A DNA stretch of 64,000 nucleotides. It comes from Thermoplasmatota archaeon. Lineage in GTDB: Archaea; Thermoplasmatota; E2; JACPAO01; JAHFTW01. A model generated the notes under the pieces. It worked only from the letters and a program-made list of their open reading frames with translations, ran no database searches and had not been told where the DNA came from. A program made the position numbers and the translations under genes. This document shows, piece after piece, positions 57,222 through 64,000 of this stretch. Positions within the stretch are counted from its first letter, which is position 1. Each line of letters opens with the position of its first letter. Location: NCBI GenBank assembly GCA_041601615.1, contig JBFIHX010000001.1, positions 1-64,000 of the forward strand. Reading direction: 5' to 3'.

Positions 57222-59350
57222 AAGCGGCGGATGCCGGAGCGCGACTTCGACCTTTCCTCACGAATCGATGCATGAAACTCGCATTGGTCGGCGAGTGGGC
57301 ACCTGATGCAGGCAGGAGCGTCGGCGTGGCAAGCGCGGCGGGCGATCTCGGCGTACAAGCCCAGCCGGGCATCGGGGCTGCGATGGTTTGTGTGTGCCAG
57401 CCGCGTGATTACTTCGATGGCGCGTTCCGGTCTCGTGCCGGTTGTGATGATGCCGACGCGTTCGGCCACGCGCGCAATGGCGGGAACATCGGCTTTGGAC
57501 CAGGGTGCGGTTGACCGGATGGGATTCGGCCGGGAATCCGGAGCTGCGGCGGAGGCGGCGGGACGTGTCTTCACGGGTTCTGCCTTGAATGCAACGTTGC
57601 TTGGCGGTTGCTTGGCAGAATCGGCGGGTGATGGCTTGGCGCTACGTCCGGGGCGCACCAATTCGCCTTCCACCAGCGGTATCTCCTGCATGGACGAGTC
57701 CGCCGAGGGTGTTGTTGGCCGTTGTGTGGGCGCAGCTTTTCGGGCGAGAGCGGTGGGCTCTGCGCGTACTGGCTCTGCCTCAGTCTCTGCCCCTGGTGCT
57801 GGGCCCATGCGGGGAATTGGTTCCACCGGATCTGGCCTCCGTGCAATGGGGCGAGGCGCTGGCTTGGGGCGAGCGGTCGCGGGATTGGCTGGGTCTTCGA
57901 CGACCTCGATGCTGCGGCCGCCGTGGCTGGTCATGCGAGGTCGAATCTCCACGAACACAGGCTGCGTAAGCCCTCCGCCGGCCACGAGGGCGCTGCCAAT
58001 GGCGAGGCGTTGCACTTCGTCGGCGGTCTGCGTGGTGATGCCCTCGACGCTGCTGACGATGGCTTTCAGGTCATTGGGATTCGTGACCTTGAGCACCACT
58101 TGCGTGTTGCACTGACTGAGCACGTTCTTGTCGATTTTTGCCGGCCTCTGGCTGACGATGACGAGGCCCATGCCGAATTTGCGGCCTTCGGAGGCAACGG
58201 TGCGTAGGATTGGGCCGCTGATGGCGTTGCCCACTCCGCGCTCGGGGCAGAAGTTGTGCGCCTCCTCGCAGACAAGAATGAATGGGGGGATGTCGCCGCG
58301 CTTGCGGGATTCCCAGAGGAGGCTGGTGAGCCGCGTGACGAGCACTTCTTGGATGTCGGGCGCTACTCCTTTGAGGTTGATGATGGAGCACTGTGCAGGG
58401 CGCACGAGGTCCCGCACGTCGTTGCCGCGAACATGAAAGAGTCCAGTGGCTTCGAGTGCTTCGAGGCTGTTGAGGACGTTCCATTTGGTCGCCGCCTTGT
58501 TGCGCGCCACCGCGTCCATGATGTCCTTGAGTGTGTAGGCCGGAAGGTGGTCCGTGACCTCCTTGACGGCTTGGTACAGGAGCCCCATTTGGCTGCCTTT
58601 GACGGATCCACCCATGAGGTCCACGAGTTCTCGACCGGTCAGGTTCATGCCCTCTAGGCGCAATTTTTCGGCGTCCGGATTGACGAATGTGTCTAGTGCA
58701 TACTCTTTGACTTGCTTGGCAAACGAACGGGGCTTGCTGCCGAAACGCGTCATGGTTTCCACTTCAGCGGGATCCACGTTGGCGTTGCGCAGGCTGCCGT
58801 ACTCCCCATGCGGATCTAGAATGACAAGCGGCACTCGGGCGTTGAGAAATTCTTCCAGGATCACGCCCACGGTGTACGACTTGCCTGCGCCGGTTTTGGC
58901 GAGCACGGAGACGTGCTTTTGGGCCAGCATGTTCATCGACAAGCGCACCGGGATGCTGCTTCCCTTGACGTGGCCAAGGTATGCACCGTCGGCGGCACCT
59001 TCGAGGCCCAAAATCTCCTGCACCAGGGCATCGTCGGCTCGGTACACTGCTTCGCCCGCTTTGAACGGCGTGCGGGGAACTTGGACGCGCCCGTGCGGGT
59101 CCATGAACCCAATGACGTGGACATTTCCCGAGAGCTTGTCTTCCGTGCTTGAGGCGCCGGAAACGGCATCCTCGAAGCTTAGGTTGGTCTTTCGAACCAC
59201 GTGCTGCACTTGGGCCAGAACGCTGCGGCCCGAGTGGTCCACGGAAATGTAGTCAAGACGCCGGAGGTCCCCATGAATTGCCACGTCGAAGTCGGTGCTT
59301 CCGACGTTGCCATAGATCACCCCCACTGCGTCCTGCATCTGGGTTTCCAT
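57209..59350 (-). CDS. HerA/DUF87 ATPase with C-terminal endonuclease III-like 4Fe-4S motif
   Basis: HAS barrel, HVSVLAKTGAGKS, DPHGEY, EEAHNF, EGRKFG, SQRP; C-terminal Cx6Cx2Cx5C. Confidence 0.9.
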   Translation of the reverse strand: METQMQDAVGVIYGNVGSTDFDVAIHGDLRRLDYISVDHSGRSVLAQVQHVVRKTNLSFEDAVSGASSTEDKLSGNVHVIGFMDPHGRVQVPRTPFKAGEAVYRADDALVQEILGLEGAADGAYLGHVKGSSIPVRLSMNMLAQKHVSVLAKTGAGKSYTVGVILEEFLNARVPLVILDPHGEYGSLRNANVDPAEVETMTRFGSKPRSFAKQVKEYALDTFVNPDAEKLRLEGMNLTGRELVDLMGGSVKGSQMGLLYQAVKEVTDHLPAYTLKDIMDAVARNKAATKWNVLNSLEALEATGLFHVRGNDVRDLVRPAQCSIINLKGVAPDIQEVLVTRLTSLLWESRKRGDIPPFILVCEEAHNFCPERGVGNAISGPILRTVASEGRKFGMGLVIVSQRPAKIDKNVLSQCNTQVVLKVTNPNDLKAIVSSVEGITTQTADEVQRLAIGSALVAGGGLTQPVFVEIRPRMTSHGGRSIEVVEDPANPATARPKPAPRPIARRPDPVEPIPRMGPAPGAETEAEPVRAEPTALARKAAPTQRPTTPSADSSMQEIPLVEGELVRPGRSAKPSPADSAKQPPSNVAFKAEPVKTRPAASAAAPDSRPNPIRSTAPWSKADVPAIARVAERVGIITTGTRPERAIEVITRLAHTNHRSPDARLGLYAEIARRACHADAPACIRCPLADQCEFHASIREERSKSRSGIRRLWNR

Positions 59351-59677
59351 GGTGGGGCCTGCCTTGAAGGTTCGGAACTGAAGCGGTCCTTCCAGTGGCT
59401 CCAGTGGAGGCACCCATGCCCTGAAATCCCCGCCAAAACCCCGATTTATTCCCGAGACTCAGGGATTGGATACAAATGACCCACTCCATTCCAAGCAAAT
59501 ACTTCCTCCCGAATGCTGCTCTTGGAACTCAGCCAGCAGCTCCCGGCGCGTCTGCATTATTGGGTGCCGGCACTGGAGGGGCCTAAACCCGATGGGAATC
59601 TGGGTCTTGCTTCGCCTAGGCGCTATTTCTTGACCATGCTGGGGTGAGGTGCGTTTGCTCCCGCCCCATGTTTGATG

Positions 59678-59923
59678 CTAAAGCATCTCAAGCTGCGACA
59701 TGATGTTCCACACCAATGTGCGGCCGTGCAGCGGGATGTTGGGGTCGTTGGCCATGTCGTCGAGCTTTGAGATGGCGCGCGCCTTGCGCACATCCATGGG
59801 CTCCTTGGCATCCAATAGAAGCGCCTTAATTTCGTCCGCGAGGCGGCGGATGTTGCGTGGGACGCTGCTGTCCTCAAGGAGCATGTCCAAGCCGGTGTTG
59901 ATGTTTTCGATTTTGGTGGCCAT
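59678..59923 (-). CDS. UPF0147 family protein
   Basis: DSSVPRNIRR, DPNIPLHGRT..WNIMSQLE. Confidence 0.93.
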   Translation of the reverse strand: MATKIENINTGLDMLLEDSSVPRNIRRLADEIKALLLDAKEPMDVRKARAISKLDDMANDPNIPLHGRTLVWNIMSQLEML

Positions 59924-59988
59924 GGTGGCACCTCCGAAGGTAGGGCGGCCGACTTGGGCCCCTCTTGAAACGGTTTCGGTGGGCCCCC

Positions 59989-62274
59989 CTAGGTTGAACC
60001 GATTCGGGAAGGAGCGGGGCGGTCCAATATAGCGCGAATATCTGCCGCAACTTTGGTGCCAATGCCGGGCACCTGGGCCAGTGCTTCTTCGCTGGCCATA
60101 AACACTGCACTCACCGAGCCAAAATGGGCAAGCAGCGCGTCGGCTCTTTTTCCGGAGACGCCGGGGAGTCCGGCCAGGATGAACAATTGCGTATCGTCGT
60201 CGCTGCGGGGTGGCGCTGGACGGATGGCGAGCGCGCGATTTTCACGGCCCTGTTCTCTCTTGGCTACGGCATGCAGAAACCGTGCCGTTTCCAGGCTGTC
60301 TCTTGTCTGAAGGACGGGGATTCCGAAATCTACGGTGGTGCTGGCGAGGGCGGCCATGATTGCTTCTGGAGCGATGTTTCGATGGCCTTGGAGTCCTTCG
60401 CCTTCCAGAATCAGATAGGGTCGCGGGTAGGTCTTGAGGTTCTTCAGCTGCTCCCAGAGCCGGCCATCCACCAACGAATCAACGAAATCTTTTCCCGTTT
60501 TGCGTTCTATCGCTATCCTGTCGCTGAGAATGAAATCCGCTACTTCCAGCGTCCTTGTCTCGACTTGGACTCCCAATTGGCTCAGGTGCTTGACCACGCC
60601 ACCTGCCTGCTCACGGGCATCGCATATGATCTTGGGCCCTGGCGCAAATCCAACCTCGGCGGGAGCCCTAGACTCTGGCAAAGCTTGGGGCGCGCCCAAC
60701 CGCTGTTGGCCCAATGCCACACCTCGGGGCACTTCTGGGCGGCCAGCCATTTTGGCTCGCAGCCCCATCAACTCCTTGACCATCGCCTGCTCCTTGCGGC
60801 GGCTGCTCCAATGTGCCGCTTCGTCGCTGGTGCCCTTGGTCATGAGCACCACGACTCGGCCGTCTCGACTGCGGCCTGTGCGGCCCCGGCGTTGAATACT
60901 TCGAATCTCGGAGGGAATGGGCTCGTAGAACACCACGAGGTCGGTTTGAGGCACATCCAGGCCTTCTTCGGCGACACTGGTGGCCACTAGGACGTTGTGT
61001 TCGCCGGCGCGGAACCGGTCCAGAAGAGCACCTTGCTGCTTTTGGGTCAGACCGTCCTGGCCCTTGCGCTTGCCCTGTCCAACAAACACCACGGGCGAAA
61101 CCCCTTCGAGCTTGGCAAGCCGGGCCGCGACCGCCTCACAGGTGCTCCGGTAGTGGGTGAAGACAATGGCTTTGGAAGCTGGATCTTTTTCGAGTTGTTC
61201 CTGGACGAGTGCTTGCACGCGCCCCATTTTGGGGTTCTCGGATTCATCGTGCCGGGCAACATGAAACGCCTGAATCACTTCAGGATCGTCCACGATGGAG
61301 CGTGTGGCCTTGCTGGACTTGGGGCTGTCTGATTCCTTGCGAAGTTGTTCAATGTAGGCGACGAACGCACCCGAGCCTTGCGTCTGCGCCTGTTCGAGCG
61401 CGTGCAGGATTTTCATAGCCTGCGCTTGGAGACTGAGCGCCTTGAACCAAGAAGGGTCTGGTTCTGTGGTGCTCGCCACGGCGCGTTGGGCCTTGCGGCC
61501 AGCTTCGAGCAGCTTCATGCGCGTGGGGCGGCCCGTGGCGTCCAGGATGTTCAATTCCCGCAGAATCCGAACTCGTTTTTGCAGAGCGTCTTCCAGCAGG
61601 CGCCGTACTTTTTCCATGGCCTCTGGCAGCGGAAGTGTTTCCCAATCGGTCTTGATTTCCTGCACGTACTCCGACACATCCGGGTCGTTGGGCGTGCGGA
61701 TTTCCACATGTTCCAGTCCCAAATGAAGTCGGACTTCGTCGATTTTTTGGATGTCGTGGCCGGGACTCGCAGTGAGGCCGAGTCGGCGGTGGCGCGGGGC
61801 GCGACGTTGCAGCGTGTCTCCGATGAAGGCGTAGGGGTACTCCCCTACGGCTCGGTGGCATTCGTCGTAGACGACCCAATCGAATGCGGGGTCCACGCGG
61901 TCACTCACGAGGTCGTTTTGGATGACCTGGGGTGTGGCGACCACGATGCTGGCGCCCTCATAGGCTTGCTTGCGCGTCTCTGGGCTTACGTGGCCGGTGA
62001 GGACACGCACGCGGTCGCTCCAGGGGGCGACGAGGGTTTCGCGCAGAAACGCTCCGTGTTGTTCCACGAGTGGCTTTGTAGGTGCAAGAAGGAGGATCCG
62101 TTGCGCACCGGCATCGACTGCGTCCGCCAGTGCCAAAACGGCTACCACCGTTTTGCCCATGCCGGTGGGGAGCACCACGAGGGTGTCGCGCCGACCCGCG
62201 ATGCGGGCAAGATTCGCCTGGTAGCCGCGAAACGCGAAGGTCTCGGGACGCAGGCGCGGATGGGCAAGGAACAA
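59989..62274 (-). CDS. hef: Hef (FANCM-like SF2 helicase + ERCC4 nuclease + HhH)
   Basis: LPTGMGKT, DECH, TASPG, EEGLD, QRRGRTGR, ERKT..DF, LPGV. Confidence 0.96.
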   Translation of the reverse strand: MFLAHPRLRPETFAFRGYQANLARIAGRRDTLVVLPTGMGKTVVAVLALADAVDAGAQRILLLAPTKPLVEQHGAFLRETLVAPWSDRVRVLTGHVSPETRKQAYEGASIVVATPQVIQNDLVSDRVDPAFDWVVYDECHRAVGEYPYAFIGDTLQRRAPRHRRLGLTASPGHDIQKIDEVRLHLGLEHVEIRTPNDPDVSEYVQEIKTDWETLPLPEAMEKVRRLLEDALQKRVRILRELNILDATGRPTRMKLLEAGRKAQRAVASTTEPDPSWFKALSLQAQAMKILHALEQAQTQGSGAFVAYIEQLRKESDSPKSSKATRSIVDDPEVIQAFHVARHDESENPKMGRVQALVQEQLEKDPASKAIVFTHYRSTCEAVAARLAKLEGVSPVVFVGQGKRKGQDGLTQKQQGALLDRFRAGEHNVLVATSVAEEGLDVPQTDLVVFYEPIPSEIRSIQRRGRTGRSRDGRVVVLMTKGTSDEAAHWSSRRKEQAMVKELMGLRAKMAGRPEVPRGVALGQQRLGAPQALPESRAPAEVGFAPGPKIICDAREQAGGVVKHLSQLGVQVETRTLEVADFILSDRIAIERKTGKDFVDSLVDGRLWEQLKNLKTYPRPYLILEGEGLQGHRNIAPEAIMAALASTTVDFGIPVLQTRDSLETARFLHAVAKREQGRENRALAIRPAPPRSDDDTQLFILAGLPGVSGKRADALLAHFGSVSAVFMASEEALAQVPGIGTKVAADIRAILDRPAPSRIGST

Positions 62275-62329
62275 CGGGCGTCCACAGGGCCGCCCCCCTT
62301 CAACGCTTCGTGGGTAGGGGCAGGCGAAA

Positions 62330-63340
62330 CTACGCTCGATCGAGTCGGTCCAAGTGCACTACGTCGGGGTCCACGCGCCCGTCGTCGATGGCTGCCATGA
62401 TCTGAAGGATGGTGTCGTTGACCGGCGTCTGGATGTTGTGGCGGCGGGCGGCTTCGGTGATGGCTCCGTTGAGGTGGACGGCTTCGCTTCGCTGGCCCTT
62501 CAGACGGCTTTGCAGGCTGCTGGAGCGATATCGTCGGAACTTGCGCCGCATCACCATCAGAATCGCATTGCGCACCGGTAGTCGCGTCCCTAGAGGCGGC
62601 AGCGCCATGATGCTAGGCTCAATGCCAAGCAGTTTCTCGAATTGCACGCCTTCGGACATGCCCGCCTCGAAGCCTTCGGTGTAGATCCGCAGAAACGCTC
62701 GGCGGGCACGTTTGTCGGCCAAGAGGTCGCCAAAGTCGAGGCCCGTGAGTGCTCCGAGCGTGGTGCTGGCAGAGTTGACGAGCAATTTGCTCCATTGGAT
62801 GCCTCGCATGTTGGCGTGCACCCGCGTGGGGGCCACGGCCGCGAGCGCTTCGGCTGCCGCATTTGGGTCTGTGACGGAAGCCATCGAGTGGTCCGGCCAG
62901 GGTCCGAGTATCAATTCCCCTGCCCCCGTCTGATGGCTTCGTCCATTGCTCTCCAGAGTTGCAGGAAACGCCACGGTGCAGGCAAGAAATTGATCTGGAC
63001 AAAGTGGGGCAATTTCGTCGCCCTGGAGGCCGTTGAGGAGGCTGACAACCGCACCATGGGGCGCCAGCGCGGGCAACCACGTCTTGAGTGCCTTCTTGGC
63101 GGCGTCGATTTTCGTGGCCAGCACAAGCAAATCCACCGAGCCCGGGAGGTCCTTCACACGGGCCACGGCGGGCACCTTGGCCACCACTTGGCTGCCGTCG
63201 GGCGCAATGGCAACCAGGGGGCCATGCTCGGAAGCGCGCGCCTTGTTTCGATAGCCCAGCCATACCTCGTGCCCCCCGTGGGCCAGGCGGGCGGCAAAGC
63301 AGACACCGAGAGCTCCGGGGCCGACGACCAGGATGCGCAT
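62330..63340 (-). CDS. panE: Ketopantoate reductase
   Basis: ILVVGPGALG, LATK, LLNG, WSKLLVN, SEAVHLNG, TPVN. Confidence 0.88.
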   Translation of the reverse strand: MRILVVGPGALGVCFAARLAHGGHEVWLGYRNKARASEHGPLVAIAPDGSQVVAKVPAVARVKDLPGSVDLLVLATKIDAAKKALKTWLPALAPHGAVVSLLNGLQGDEIAPLCPDQFLACTVAFPATLESNGRSHQTGAGELILGPWPDHSMASVTDPNAAAEALAAVAPTRVHANMRGIQWSKLLVNSASTTLGALTGLDFGDLLADKRARRAFLRIYTEGFEAGMSEGVQFEKLLGIEPSIMALPPLGTRLPVRNAILMVMRRKFRRYRSSSLQSRLKGQRSEAVHLNGAITEAARRHNIQTPVNDTILQIMAAIDDGRVDPDVVHLDRLDRA

Positions 63341-63742
63341 GCACCCGCGAGCCGCCTGTCGAATTCGATGGTTTGGGTCCGAGCCGGCACCGTTTGAGGC
63401 CCTGGCCATTTCGTTACCCCTCCATTGCAGATGCAACTGCTTCCCTGTTGGCCGTATACCCCTTGATTTCCTGTGGAACTGCCTCGGCTACAGGTGTCGG
63501 CTGTTTGAGCGGCTTCGCGTAAAGGTTCATGTGCATCCCCCATTTGGTCGAATCCCCGGTGATGGGAGGGTCGGCGTTGCTGGCCTCACGAGGAGGGGGA
63601 CACGAGTGCGGGATGGAGCGGAAGCTATGCTTCTCCTGCACTCGTGTTTTCCACCGGGACGGGCAGCCCTGCCCCCAAGTGGTGGATCAGCGTACTTTCA
63701 TCCACCACTCGAAAAGGCGCAACTACGGGTGGTCAATCAGGT

Positions 63743-64000
63743 ATGCAGGACATGCAGGCGTTTACGGTTCAGGACAGTCAACTTTCTGCAAAATGGGAGG
63801 GTTTCCTCCTCGATTACTGCAAGCAACAAGTGCAACAGGCCGCACTCGACTACCCTGAGGTGCGCAGCGTCGAAGTCCAATTCAACGACATTCAGCTGCG
63901 CGACCCCGAATTAGCCGACTACATCCTGCAACGACCCCGCCACAGCATGCGCGTGGGCACCACCACCCTGTACCAAGTCGACGTAACGGTCGAGCCCAAG
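63743..64000 (+). CDS. mcm: MCM replicative helicase N-terminus (partial, not in ORF track)
   Basis: Hand translation: MQDMQAF...KWEGFLLDYCKQQV...YPEVRSVEVQFNDIQLRDPELADYILQRP. Confidence 0.8.
   Translation, partial: MQDMQAFTVQDSQLSAKWEGFLLDYCKQQVQQAALDYPEVRSVEVQFNDIQLRDPELADYILQRPRHSMRVGTTTLYQVDVTVEPK

Noticed and set aside
59459-59557. 32-aa ORF MQTRRELLAEFQEQH... between UPF0147 and herA
   Set aside because: It is too short, with no recognisable motif or supporting signal.
63460-63720. ORB-like boxes (TTCCTGTGGAAC, TTCCACCGGGACGGGG) upstream of mcm as a replication origin
   Set aside because: The matches are weak and dissimilar, with no AT-rich unwinding element and no cdc6/orc1 in view.

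Overview
This is a GC-rich archaeal chromosome segment. Archaeal markers are aRF1, archaeal-type PheS, Hef/FANCM, the MCM N-terminus, UPF0147, DUF357 and a type II MetAP; the gene content suggests Thermoplasmatota (inference). It carries housekeeping and metabolic genes: hisF-hisIE, egtB-D-C, pheS, pyrH, aRF1, metG, an ars operon, argCJBD and argGHF, lipB, nikR-znuACB, herA, hef and panE. The main unannotated structure is a homogeneous family of about 10 integron attC-type sites, all in the same orientation. They form three separate cassette arrays (~1-4.1 kb, ~28.1-30.3 kb and ~49-54.7 kb). Most cassette boundaries show the diagnostic complementarity between the cassette start (R') and its own attC R'' box. 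No IntI is present in the window. Two arrays start at a shared attI-like motif. The third starts at a 6x19-bp tandem repeat followed by nested inverted repeats and a divergent serine recombinase. In arrays 2 and 3 the attC sites decay with distance from the entry site. The cassettes include host-like archaeal genes (a MetAP and a BNR lipoprotein), a peptide plus 2OG-oxygenase pair, a nirK fragment, and a DUF6326 gene with two TGA codons at Trp positions. Other oddities are a HerA fused to an endonuclease III-like 4Fe-4S motif and a structured 121-bp tandem repeat that duplicates the aRF1 3' end. All family calls come from motif recognition, not database searches.
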